In this document: positions 29,748 to 40,499 of the stretch, in pieces
Numbering within the stretch: position 1 is the stretch's first letter
Layout: every line of letters begins with the position of its first letter
Assembly: GCA_963749495.1 (NCBI GenBank)
Contig: CAVVMW010000006.1
Span: 896,001 to 960,000, forward strand
Origin: an uncultured bacterium
GTDB taxonomy: Bacteria; Verrucomicrobiota; Verrucomicrobiia; Limisphaerales; UBA8199
Direction of reading: 5' to 3'
DNA length: 64,000 bases
Program-made: the position numbers and the translations under genes
The notes under the pieces: generated by a model
The model's database searches: none
Told to the model about the DNA's origin: nothing
The model's input: the letters and a program-made list of their open reading frames with translations, nothing else

Positions 29748-30956
29748 CCCCTTCCCCCTCTGCCCGATGTCGGCAAGGAGTTGCTCGAACCAGGGGGTGT
29801 CGAGGTTGAAAGGCTTGCCGCCTTTGACTCGGCCAAACTCGATGGGGCGCAGGATGCCTCCCTGGTCTTCGTCGTGGCCGATAACGCCCGGTTCGCGGCG
29901 CAGGGCGCATTCGACGGCCAAATCCACGCACGATTTGATGAGGCGGAGGTTGTCGGGGTTGGCCGCGGCGGCGCGGGAGTAATAGCCGCTCTTTTGCACG
30001 AGGGTCTTCTCGGCCCCGATCATCCTGCCGAACTGGTTGCCGAACCATTTGCCGGGGTTGACGGCGTCCAGTTTGACATGGCCGAAGGCGTCGCGGGGGA
30101 TTTCCTCGCCCTTGGCCTGGAGTTCGGCGACGATCTCACCCACGCCCGCGCCCTCCGAGATGAAGAGGTTCACGGCATCGACCGTGTCCATGACCTTGCG
30201 CAGGCGCGCCGCCTCGGCGGCGAGGTTGATTTGCATTTCCGGGATGAACACCGCGTGGATATCGAAGCACCGGCGGTCCAGGCCCAGGGCCGGCAGCCAC
30301 TCGCAACGATCGAGCATGGCGCGGTAGGCCCGGGCTGTCGCCGCCGTCAGCCAGCCGCAGTTGCGGCCCATGACCTCGTGGACAATGAGCATGCGCGGGT
30401 TGGCGTTGTTCTCGGCCACGACATTCCAGAAGTAATGGGCGCCCTGCTCAGCGGCCGTCCAGGCCCCGAGCGATTGCTTGATGGGATAGACGTCATTGTC
30501 GATCGTCTTTGGCAGGCCGATGACGGTGAGGCCGTAGTTGGCCTTTGCCAGGAAGGCCGCCAGGTCGGCGGCCGCCGCGTTGGTGTCATCACCGCCGATG
30601 GTGTGCAGCACGTCCACCTTGTCCTTGATGAGTTGGTCGGCGGCAACCTGCTGCGGGTCCTGGCCCGGTTTGACCAGGCCGCGTTTGAGGCAGTCCTTCA
30701 CGTTGGTGAGCTTGACGCGGCTGTTGCCAATGGGCGAGCCGCCGAAACGATGGAGCACGGCCGCCTTGGCCCGGATCTCGGGTGTGACCTTGTAGCTCTC
30801 CCCCAGGAGCAGGCCCTTGTAACCGCCGCGGTAGCAAATCATCTCGATGCTCGGGTCAATCTCGGTGTAACGCTCGATCAACCCGCCAATGGCAGAACTC
30901 AGGCACGGGGCCAGGCCGCCTGCCGTCAAGATCGCGACTTTCTTCGGTTTGTTCAT
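29739..30956 (-). CDS. pfp: Pyrophosphate-dependent phosphofructokinase
   Basis: ILTAGGLAPCLS, TIGGDDT, LPKTIDND, EVMGRNCGWL. Confidence 0.95.
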   Translation of the reverse strand: MNKPKKVAILTAGGLAPCLSSAIGGLIERYTEIDPSIEMICYRGGYKGLLLGESYKVTPEIRAKAAVLHRFGGSPIGNSRVKLTNVKDCLKRGLVKPGQDPQQVAADQLIKDKVDVLHTIGGDDTNAAAADLAAFLAKANYGLTVIGLPKTIDNDVYPIKQSLGAWTAAEQGAHYFWNVVAENNANPRMLIVHEVMGRNCGWLTAATARAYRAMLDRCEWLPALGLDRRCFDIHAVFIPEMQINLAAEAARLRKVMDTVDAVNLFISEGAGVGEIVAELQAKGEEIPRDAFGHVKLDAVNPGKWFGNQFGRMIGAEKTLVQKSGYYSRAAAANPDNLRLIKSCVDLAVECALRREPGVIGHDEDQGGILRPIEFGRVKGGKPFNLDTPWFEQLLADIGQRGKGKG

Positions 30957-31172
30957 TTTACGTTCAACGTGCGCGCGATCCTATGGCCCCACCGGAAAGC
31001 GTCAAGGGACAAAAGGGACCAAAGCGACATAAGGGACATAAGGGACAAGGGGTGCGCCTCACCAGGCATCTTCTGCGAATGATTCTGCCTCTCCTCCCGC
31101 CAATGGTTCTGCCCCCGGGCCGGTTCCACCTTGCCGCGCAGCGCTCCTTGCGGCTAGATTAGGCTCGACTTT

Positions 31173-34021
31173 ATGACCAGTGCGGAAATACGACAATCAT
31201 TCCTGGACTTTTTCAAATCCAAGGGGCACACGCTCGTGCCGTCCTCGAGCCTGATGCCCGATTCGCCGAACCTGCTTTTCACCAACGCCGGGATGAACCA
31301 GTTCGTGCCGATCTTCCTGGCCCAGCGCGCGCCGGACGTCTCGAAATGGGCGGGGGCCGTGCCCGGCCTGGACAGCCGCGCCGCCGACACGCAAAAGTGC
31401 ATCCGCGCCGGCGGCAAACACAACGACCTCGAAGACGTTGGTCTGGATACCTACCACCACACCTTCTTCGAGATGCTCGGCAACTGGTCGTTCGGCGATT
31501 ATTTCAAAAAGGAGGCCATCGCCTGGGCGTGGGAACTCGTCACCGAGGTCTGGAAGTTCCCCAAGAACCGCCTTTACGCCACGGTCTATTGCCCCGACAA
31601 GGCCAAGGGCGACCCCAGCGAGTTCGACCAGGAGGCCCACGACATCTGGGCTGAGAAATTCCGCGCCGCCGGCCTCGACCCGGCCGTCCACATCGTCCAC
31701 GGCGGCAAGAACGACAATTTCTGGATGATGGGCGACACCGGCCCGTGCGGCCCGTGCAGCGAACTCCACGTGGACCTCACCCCCCGGGGCGACACCCAGG
31801 GCCGCCTGGTCAACCAGCCCACCGCCCAGTGCATCGAGATCTGGAACCTGGTCTTCATCCAGTTCAATGCCAATCCCGACGGCACTTTCTCGCCCCTGCC
31901 GGCCCGGCACGTCGACACCGGCATGGGCTTCGAGCGCGTCACCGGCATCATCCAAAACACCAAGAACTTCACCGACTTCAGCCGCGTCATCTCCAACTAC
32001 GAGACCGACATCTTCCGCCCGCTCTTCGACAAGATCGAGAAGCTGAGCGGAAAGCAGTACGGCTCAACCCTCCCGGCCCAGGGCGCCCTGCGCATGACCG
32101 AGCCGGAGAAGATCGATGTCGCCTTCCGCGTCATCGCCGACCACATCCGCACGCTCAGCTTCGCCATTGCGGACGGCATCATTCCCTCGAACGAGGGCCG
32201 GGGCTATGTCCTGCGCCGCATCCTGCGCCGGGCCGTGCGCTATGGCCGGTCGCTTGGTTTCCACGAACCGTTCTTCTACAAGCTGGTGGACGTGCTGGCC
32301 TCTACGATGGGCGGTGTTTTCCCCGAGCTCCGCGCCCATAGAGACCACGTTGAGGCGGTCATCCAGCGCGAGGAGCATGCCTTCAACAAGACGCTGGACC
32401 GGGGCATCGAACTGTTCAACGAGGTCGTCGCCTCGCTCCCCGCTGCGGCAAGAATGAGGCGCGACAAGGAAACGCCGAGGGCGGACGAAGGCAAAGAGAT
32501 CCTCATGAGGCCGGAGTTTCCAGCCGCCCAGGCCTTCAAGCTCTACGACACCTACGGTTTCCCGCTCGACCTCACCGAACTGATGGCCCGCGAACGCGGC
32601 CTCGTCGTGGATGTTCCTGGCTTCGATAAGCTGATGGACGAGCAGCGGGCCCGCGCCCGCGCCGCCCAGAAGAAACAAGTCATCGAATTGTCCGAAGTCG
32701 AGACCAGCGCCGCGACTCAATTCGTCGGCTACGACAAGCTCGACACCCGCAACCGTGCTCGACGTTGTCGACATCAAAGGCAGGACCGCCGTCATCCTCG
32801 ACACCTCGCCGCTCTACGCCGAAATGGGCGGCCAAGTCGGCGACATGGGTGAACTAGAGCACGACAGCGTGGTCCACCGTATCGTCGACACCCAAAAAGC
32901 CGGTGACGCTTGGCTGCACTTTGTCGAAGTCCACAGTCCAGAGTCCACAGTCCACAGCCCACAGGCCTCAACCAAGGGCCAGGATGTCGAGTTGCCTGCG
33001 GTGGGGGACAGGGTGGAATTGGCAGTGGATCGTCCGCGCCGCGCCGCCATCCAGCGTCACCACACCGTCACCCATTTGCTGCATTGGGCCCTGCACGAGG
33101 TCGTCAGCCGGGACGCAACGCAAAAGGGCTCCTATGTGGGGCCGGACAAACTCACCTTCGATTTCGCCAGCGCCCCGCTCACGCCCGCCCAGGTGGCCGA
33201 CGTTCGAGCGCTTGGTCAACGAGCGCATCCTCGACAATGCCCCGGTGAGCTGGGTCGAGGTCAAATACAACCACATCAAGGACCGCAAGGACATCAGGCA
33301 GTTCTTCGGCGAGAAGTACGGCGACTGGGTGCGCGTGGTGCAGGTTGGCGGCGAGCCCACGAATTTGAACGGCTACTCGATGGAACTCTGCGGCGGCACG
33401 CACGTCCGCGCCACGGGCGAGATCGGCCTCTTCCGCATTGCCGCCGAGTCGGCCATCGCCGCCGGCATCCGGCGCATCGAGGCCGTTTCCGGGCTTGAGG
33501 CCTACCGCCGCGCCACGGACGAATTGCAACTCATCCGCAGCATCTCCGGCAAGGTCAATTCGCCCGTGGGCGAGCTCGAGAAGAAGATCGACACCCTGCT
33601 CGCGCAGCAGAAGGAACTCGAAAAGCAGCTCAAGGCCGTGCAACAAAAACAGGCCGCCGAGACCGCCCGCAGCCTGGTTGCCAAGGCCCAGACCCTCGGT
33701 TCCACGCGCGCCATCATCGAGGACCTCGGCGCCGCCGACGGCGACTTCCTGCAAGCCGTGGCCGACGGGCTCAAAGGCCAGTTCAAGGGCGTGGTCGTGC
33801 TCGGGGGGGCCGCAAACAAGGCGGTTGCCCTGCTCGCCACCGTTTCGTTCGATCTGACCAAACAATTCCAGGCCGGAAAGCTCATCCAGGCCATTGCCCC
33901 GATTGTGGGCGGCAAAGGCGGCGGACGCCCCGACAACGCCCGAGGCGGAGGCAAGGAGGTGAGCAAACTGGACGCGGCGCTGGCCAGGGCGGGGGAGATC
34001 ATCAAGGGCGGGGCGAAGTGA
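31173..34021 (+). CDS. alaS: Alanine-tRNA ligase; frameshifts near 32748 and 33202
   Basis: [63 protein letters not shown]. Confidence 0.96.
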
Positions 34022-34032
34022 TGGACTGGGAA

Positions 34033-34063
34033 ATGACGAATGACGAATGACGAATGACGAATG
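34033..34063 (+). repeat. (ATGACGA)n heptamer array
   Basis: Directly after the alaS stop; inverse array at 35292-35322. Confidence 0.9.
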
Positions 34064-34144
34064 AGGTCCAGAAGGTGATTCGGGCCCCGGCTGAAATCTA
34101 AATCAAGGTTGTGTTGGCCCACCCGCTGTGCCAAGCTACTCTCG

Positions 34145-34441
34145 ATGAGACCGACTGCAGCCAACCGAAGCTATGTCGCCCGGGTTCACCGCATTTTCCG
34201 CCGGTTGCGCGGAGCGCGGGGCATCGACGAGGATGGGTTGATGCAACACGCCATGTTTCTCGCAAAATCCCCTGACGAACGATGCCGGATCAGCATCCAG
34301 ACAGCCCGCTCGGCGCTTTCCTTGCAGCGCTCCGGGAAGCGCAGAAAAGACCTGATGGTGCTACCGATCCTGGAGCAGAGTCTCCGTCTGGCGCGCCGCC
34401 TCAAATCACCCCGGCGCCCACGCAAACAATCCGGCGCATAA
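34145..34441 (+). pseudogene. Collapsed two-gene module: small protein plus first and last residues of a probable nucleotidyltransferase
   Basis: Overlapping start MPDQHPDSPLGAFLAALREA at 34282 jumps near 34342 to KDLMVLPILEQSL, which resembles the R.KD...L end of minimal nucleotidyltransferases. Confidence 0.45.
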
Positions 34442-34454
34442 TCGCCGCCGCCCA

Positions 34455-35105
34455 TCAGGCCGAGCTCCCGGACAACGCCAGGTCCCTCCCGCGCGGCACC
34501 CGTTCGATGTGATAGACCAGGAAGTCGTGCAGGAATTGCCGCACCTCCGTCGCTTGTGGCCCGGTCGCCTTGAGACGCGCGATTGCCGCCCAATCCTCGT
34601 CGGTCAGCGCCTTGACGATGTCCCTGGCCCCGGCACTCAGCCGGGTCTGGGCCAGGTCGGGCGCAAGTCCCAGCTCGCGCAATAGCTTGAGTTCGAATGC
34701 CAGGACGGTGCGGGGCTGGGGCGGTTGGCGCGGCAGCGCTTCGAGCAGCGAGCGGAGCAACTCGAAGACCTCCGGCAGCGGCGTTTCGGTCTCGGTCGTC
34801 TGCTCGATCAACTGGGCGCAATAGGCGGCCTGCCGGAAATGCCCCAAGTCCTGCCGCAGCGCCCGGTGCGTTTGGCGCAGGCTCACCTCCCTCAGCGTGT
34901 GCAGGTCTGAGCGGCGGCTCCGGCTGAAGCTGAACTCGGCCAAATAGAACAGATCGAGCGTTCCCCGGAACGGGGAGGCGGGCCGCCGCGCTCCTTTGGC
35001 CACAGTCGCCAGCCGCCCCTGGGCCGGTGTGAGCCAATGCACGATCAGGCTCGTCTCGGTCAGCAGCCGCGTCCTGAGCACCAGCCCGATGGCGTTCTCA
35101 ATCAC
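34455..35105 (-). CDS. recO: DNA repair protein RecO (short form)
   Basis: GLVLRTRLLTETSLIVHWLT...VAKGARRPASPFRGTLDLF, LAFELKLL.ELG. Confidence 0.92.
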   Translation of the reverse strand: MIENAIGLVLRTRLLTETSLIVHWLTPAQGRLATVAKGARRPASPFRGTLDLFYLAEFSFSRSRRSDLHTLREVSLRQTHRALRQDLGHFRQAAYCAQLIEQTTETETPLPEVFELLRSLLEALPRQPPQPRTVLAFELKLLRELGLAPDLAQTRLSAGARDIVKALTDEDWAAIARLKATGPQATEVRQFLHDFLVYHIERVPRGRDLALSGSSA

Positions 35106-35189
35106 CGCCCCGGAATGTAACGATCTTGCCCGCCGGCTCAAGCTCAAGCCGGATCGGCGCGGCGATTCCCTGAACCGCAGCCAAGCCCG

Positions 35190-35322
35190 CAAGGTTTTGG
35201 ACTGCGCCAGTCCTCTGGCGCTTTCGCCTTCCCAGCAGTCCAAAACGCTGCGCGCCCTGGTTCGTCCCTCCTCCGTCCTTCATCCTCCGGTTTCGTCATT
35301 CGTCATTCGTCATTCGTCATTC
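35190..35322. repeat. REP-like palindrome and (TCATTCG)n array
   Basis: TTTTGGACTGC...GCAGTCCAAAA; heptamer array at 35292-35322. Confidence 0.8.
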
Positions 35323-35410
35323 CGTCTCGCTTGACTTCGCCCATATCCCCCCTGTTTAATACCGCCGGTTCTGTGGGCGCCACGCCTGTCCCGCAACACG
35401 ATACACTGCG

Positions 35411-37906
35411 ATGAACTCAACGCGATACAATCGTCACCCGGCTCTGCTCGTGAGCGTGGGCCTGCTGGCCATTCTCTGTTTTCAATCCCGGATTTTGTGT
35501 TTGGCTGATCCCGATGTCGCAGCCAAGGTGGTGGCCGCACCGCCCGCCACGCCGGGCACTGCGCTCTACACCGCCAACCGCCAGCCGCTGACGCCCAGCC
35601 CCTTGGTCAAACTGCCCATCGGCAGCATCATCCCCAAGGGCTGGCTGCGGTTCCAACTCCAGCTCGAGGCCGACGGCATGACCGGCCATCTGGAGGAGCT
35701 CTCGCAGTGGTGCAAGTTCCAGGACAGCGCCTGGGCCTCGCCCAACGGCCAGGGCAAATTCGGCTGGGAAGAACTGCCCTATTGGCTCAAGGGCTACGGC
35801 GACCTGGGCTACGTGCTCAAGGACTCGAAGCTCATCGCCGGTGCCCGCAAATGGATCAATGCCACCCTGGCCAGCCAGGAGCCCGACGGTTACTTCGGCC
35901 CGCGCGCCAACAAGACCGGCCTGGATGGCTACCCCAACCTCTGGCCCCACATGGTCATGCTCAACGTCCTGCAGTCCTTCTACGAATTTACTGGGGACGA
36001 GCGCGTCATCCCCTTCATGACCAAGTACCTCAAGTGGCTCAACGCCCAGCCGCCCGAGACCTTCGGCCGCGGGTATTGGCCCAAAATCCGTTTCGGCGAC
36101 ACTCTCGAGTCGGCCCACTGGCTCTATAATCGCACCGGCGGGGCCTGGCTGCTGGATTTGGGCAGGAAGATCCACGACAACATGGCCCGCTGGGACTCCG
36201 GCGTCATCAACTGGCACAACGTGAATATCTCCCAGGGCTTCCGCGAGCCCGGCGTCTATTACCAGCAGGCCCACGACGAAACATTCCTCCGCGCCGCCGA
36301 GCGCAACTACCAGACCGTGATGGGCCTCTACGGGCAGTTCCCGGGCGGCGGGTTCGCCGGCGATGAGAATTGCCGCCCGGGCTACACCGATCCCAGGCAG
36401 GGCTTCGAGACCTGCGGCATCGTCGAGTTCATGCACAGCTTCGAGATGCTCGCCAAGATCTCCGGCAACCCGCTCTGGGCCGACCGTTGCGAGGAGCTGG
36501 CCTTCAACTCGCTGCCGGCGGCCCTGACACCCGACCTCAAGGCGCTTCATTACCTGACCTGCGCCAACCAGGTCCAACTCGACCGGGACAACAAGTCACC
36601 CGGCGTCGAAAACGGCGGCACGATGTTCTCCTACAGCCCCTACGCGGTTTATCGCTGCTGCCAGCACAACGTCTCCCACGGCTGGCCCTATTTCGCCGAG
36701 GAACTCTGGCTGGCCACGCCCGACGGCGGCCTCTGCGCCTCCCTCTATGCCTCGAGCGAGGTCACGGCCAAGGCCGGCAGCGGCTCCAACGTCACCCTCG
36801 CCGAAGACACCGACTACCCGTTCGGCCAGAGCGTCGAACTCAAGCTCGCGGCCGCCCAGCCAACCCGCTTCCCGCTCTACCTGCGCATCCCCCGCTGGTG
36901 TTCGGGCGCCTCCGTGGCCCTCAACGGCCAACCGGTCAACCTCGAACCGAGGCCCCTGGCTTATGCCGTCCTGGACCGCACTTGGAACGACGGCGACCGC
37001 GTCTCGCTGCGCCTGCCCATGCGCGTCTCCCTGCGCAAATGGGAGAAGAACCAGAACGCCGTTTCCGTGGACTACGGCCCTCTGACCTTCTCGCTCAAGA
37101 TCGGCGAGCGCTACGTCCGCTACGGGGGCACGCCCGCCTGGCCGGAGACAGAGGTCTTTCCCACCACGCCTTGGAATTACGGCCTGGCCCTCGATGACCA
37201 GGACCCGGCCAAGTCCTTCGAGGTTGCCCAGAAGCCCGGCGCCCTGGCACTGAACCCATTCACGGCAGAAAGCGCGCCGGTCGAAATCCGCGCCCATGCC
37301 AGGAAGATCCCCGCCTGGAAACAGGACAGGCTTGGCCTGGTGGGCAAGCTCCAGCCCAGCCCGGTCAAGTCCGACGAACCCGTCGAGACCGTCACGCTCA
37401 TCCCCATGGGCGCTGCCCGGTTGCGCATCACCGCCTTCCCGGTAATCGGCCAGGCCGCCGACGCCCACACATGGACCGCTCCCAAAGCGCCCCCGGTCTT
37501 CGCCTCGCACTGCAACGAAGGCGACACCGTCGAGGCCATGATCAACGGCCTGGAACCCAAGAACTCGAACGACCACTCGATTCCCCGCTTTACCTGGTGG
37601 TCCCATTGCGGCACCGCCGAGTGGGTCCAGTATGATCTCGGCAAGGCTCGCAACGTCTCCGCCGTGGAAGTCTATTGGTTCGACGATACCGGCGTCGGCA
37701 GTTGCCGCGTGCCCGCCTCCTGGAAGCTCCTCTACCAGGAGGGCGAGAGCTGGAAGCCAGCGGCCGATGCCTCCGAGTACGGCGTCAAGGCCGACGCCTA
37801 TAACCGTGTCACCTTCAAGCCTGTCCAAACCACCGGCCTGCGCCTGGAAGTCCAGCTCCAACCCAATTTCTCCGGCGGCATCCTCCAGTGGAAAGTCAAA
37901 GAGTGA
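35411..37906 (+). CDS. Secreted GH127/GH146-like glycoside hydrolase with C-terminal galactose-binding-like domain
   Basis: HNVN, FETCGIVE, ADRCEELAFNSLP, YRCCQHNVSHGWP, TDYPF, LIPMGAARLRIT.FP. Confidence 0.85.
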   Translation: MNSTRYNRHPALLVSVGLLAILCFQSRILCLADPDVAAKVVAAPPATPGTALYTANRQPLTPSPLVKLPIGSIIPKGWLRFQLQLEADGMTGHLEELSQWCKFQDSAWASPNGQGKFGWEELPYWLKGYGDLGYVLKDSKLIAGARKWINATLASQEPDGYFGPRANKTGLDGYPNLWPHMVMLNVLQSFYEFTGDERVIPFMTKYLKWLNAQPPETFGRGYWPKIRFGDTLESAHWLYNRTGGAWLLDLGRKIHDNMARWDSGVINWHNVNISQGFREPGVYYQQAHDETFLRAAERNYQTVMGLYGQFPGGGFAGDENCRPGYTDPRQGFETCGIVEFMHSFEMLAKISGNPLWADRCEELAFNSLPAALTPDLKALHYLTCANQVQLDRDNKSPGVENGGTMFSYSPYAVYRCCQHNVSHGWPYFAEELWLATPDGGLCASLYASSEVTAKAGSGSNVTLAEDTDYPFGQSVELKLAAAQPTRFPLYLRIPRWCSGASVALNGQPVNLEPRPLAYAVLDRTWNDGDRVSLRLPMRVSLRKWEKNQNAVSVDYGPLTFSLKIGERYVRYGGTPAWPETEVFPTTPWNYGLALDDQDPAKSFEVAQKPGALALNPFTAESAPVEIRAHARKIPAWKQDRLGLVGKLQPSPVKSDEPVETVTLIPMGAARLRITAFPVIGQAADAHTWTAPKAPPVFASHCNEGDTVEAMINGLEPKNSNDHSIPRFTWWSHCGTAEWVQYDLGKARNVSAVEVYWFDDTGVGSCRVPASWKLLYQEGESWKPAADASEYGVKADAYNRVTFKPVQTTGLRLEVQLQPNFSGGILQWKVKE

Positions 37907-37974
37907 GGACCGGCGGCCGTGTGACGCCGGCGCTCTTCCGGCGCGCTCGTCCCTTTCGTCCCTTATCACTGCGG

Positions 37975-38196
37975 CTCTGCTCATCGCGTGGCGATGATAT
38001 GAAGGTAGCCGTGTGGCTTCAGCCCACGGAAAAGGGTCTTAGCCAGAGGGGTCGCGTCGCGTAGCGACGCCTTAGCCGCCCACGCCCTCGGCGCCACAGG
38101 CCGTTTCACGCGTCGCTACGCAACGCAGGTGATTTCTGGTTGTGGCTCCCGTGGACTGAAGTCCACGGCTACCCTCAGGCACCGCTACGCGGTGAC
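37975..38196. repeat. REP doublet, same family as the host repeat at 29065-29710
   Basis: GGTAGCCGTG..CCACGG, GCGTCGCGTAGCGACGC and their inverse arms. Confidence 0.8.
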
Positions 38197-38346
38197 AAGC
38201 GGGCGCGAGACAGGATTCTTCCCACGCTGGGTCTGATTTGTTTTAGCCTTTGTGGTCAAATTACGACAGAGTTTTCGGAATTTGGGCGGAGGGTGACTAG
38301 ACCTATCACTCTGGCAGCCAATACGTTATGCGGTTCCACCTCTCGG

Positions 38347-38363
38347 TTGGCATGGCGGTTGCA
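38347..38363 (+). promoter_or_regulatory. Sigma54 (-24/-12) promoter of glnK-amtB-glnA
   Basis: TTGGCATGGCGGTTGCA with exact GG-N10-GC spacing, about 105 nt upstream of the PII gene. Confidence 0.75.
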
Positions 38364-38438
38364 GCCACGCTCGATTGGTCGCCGCTACCGCCTCACTCGA
38401 ACCATGATCAGGGCACGGGCAATCATAGTGTGTTCTGA

Positions 38439-38807
<369 letters not shown>

Positions 38808-38871
38808 GGCCGGTCGCGGGGTCATAGATCTCCAGGCAACCCTAACCATAGCATTCCATTACAAGACACCC

Positions 38872-40380
38872 ATGAAAAACCTCCTTCTCGCGCTCAGTTT
38901 GGCGGCGGTCGTGCTGTGCGGCGGTCCGGCGGCAGTGCCGGCGGCCGCGGCAGAACGCTCGGTAGCGGAGCGGCTTGATGATATCGAGGCCTATATCAAC
39001 AACGGTTCGCGCAACGCCAGCACCAACGGCACCTGCAAGATCCCCGGCCCCGGCCCGGGCCATAACGGCTGGATGATGACCAGCTCGGCGCTGGTCCTCT
39101 TCATGACCCTGCCCGGCCTGGCGCTGTTCTATGGCGGGTTGGTCCGCCGCAAGAACGTGCTCTCGGTCCTGGCGCAATGCCTGGGGATTGCGGGCCTGGT
39201 GACCATTCTCTGGTGGCTGTGCGGCTACTCGCTGGCCTTCCATAGCGGGGAAACGTCCAGGGGTTGGTCCATCGTGGGCACATTGGATTGGAGCTTCTTG
39301 AAGGGCGTGGACTGGACGCCCAACGCGGATTACGGGGCCTGGGTGTCGCACTCCGTCTATGCGATGTACCAGCTCATGTTTGCCATCATCACCCCGGCGC
39401 TCATCATTGGCGCCATAGCCGAGCGGATGAGATATGCGGCGATCCTCCTGTTCGTCGCCGCGTGGATGTTCGTCGTTTATTTTCCGCTGGCGCACATGAT
39501 CTGGGGCGTGGACGGCATGATGAACGGTGTCTGGAACGCGAAGGCGCCGATTCGCGCCATCGATTTCGCGGGCGGCACGGTGGTACACATGTCCTCGGGC
39601 TGGTCGGCCCTGATTCTGTGCCTGGTCCTGGGCAAGCGGCTGGGTTTCGGCAAGGAACCGATGCCGCCGCACAGCATGGTGCTGTGCATGGTGGGGACTG
39701 GCATGCTGTGGGTCGGTTGGTACGGCTTCAACGCGGGCAGCGCCGTTGGGGCCGACCGGATAGCGGCCAATGCCTTCACGGCCACGACGCTGGCGACGGC
39801 GGTGGCGTCCTTCACCTGGGCGATGGCCGAATACATCACGCGGGGCAAGCCGAGCGTGCTGGGTTTTTGCTCCGGGGTTGTCGCGGGGTTGGTGGTGATT
39901 ACGCCGGCGTGCGGGTTCGTCACTTCGACCGGGGCGGTCATTATCGGCGTGGCGGCCGGCCTGGTGCCTTTCTTCGCTTGCTGGAAGATCAAGGCCTGGT
40001 TCGGCTATGACGATGCCCTGGACACCTTCGGCGTCCATGCCGTGGGCGGGACCTTGGGGGCATTGCTGACGGGGTTCCTGGCCAGCGCGGCCGCCAACCC
40101 GAACCTGGCCAATAACCTGGCAGAGGTTGGAAACAAGCTCGAGGCCGCCAATCCCGCCACCCAGAATGGGTTGGCAGACCTCGTCGCCCATGGCCAGCTT
40201 TGGATGGAGCAACTCAAGGCCATCGGCGTAACGCTCTGCCTGGCCGTTGTCGGCACAACCATCATTGCTTACGCCCTCAAGGTGGTCATTGGCCTGGGCG
40301 TGTCGCCCGAGGTCGAAACATCCGGGCTTGACTTGGTCGAACATGGCGAGGAGGGTTATCACTCAGCGGGCCAATTCTAG
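38872..40380 (+). CDS. amtB: Ammonium transporter
   Basis: PGLALFYGGLVRRKN, DFAGGTVVHMSSG, WYGFNAGS, DDALDTFGVHAVGG. Confidence 0.96.
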   Translation: MKNLLLALSLAAVVLCGGPAAVPAAAAERSVAERLDDIEAYINNGSRNASTNGTCKIPGPGPGHNGWMMTSSALVLFMTLPGLALFYGGLVRRKNVLSVLAQCLGIAGLVTILWWLCGYSLAFHSGETSRGWSIVGTLDWSFLKGVDWTPNADYGAWVSHSVYAMYQLMFAIITPALIIGAIAERMRYAAILLFVAAWMFVVYFPLAHMIWGVDGMMNGVWNAKAPIRAIDFAGGTVVHMSSGWSALILCLVLGKRLGFGKEPMPPHSMVLCMVGTGMLWVGWYGFNAGSAVGADRIAANAFTATTLATAVASFTWAMAEYITRGKPSVLGFCSGVVAGLVVITPACGFVTSTGAVIIGVAAGLVPFFACWKIKAWFGYDDALDTFGVHAVGGTLGALLTGFLASAAANPNLANNLAEVGNKLEAANPATQNGLADLVAHGQLWMEQLKAIGVTLCLAVVGTTIIAYALKVVIGLGVSPEVETSGLDLVEHGEEGYHSAGQF

Positions 40381-40499
40381 GCATAGAAACAGGATTTAGC
40401 GGGGCGGTGGTCCCAGCCAACTCACTCCACAGACGCAGACGGACGGGCCCCGCGATAGCAGGAAAAACCTCAGTACAGCATAATCAACCAAAGAAAGAA

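Noticed and set aside
29562..31082. Long opposite-strand ORFs over pfp, amtB, nuo and kinase genes
   Set aside because: Typical high-GC shadow ORFs without motifs.
40399..40453. Possible glutamine riboswitch before glnA
   Set aside because: Only a 7-bp GC stem; no recognisable glnA-motif consensus.
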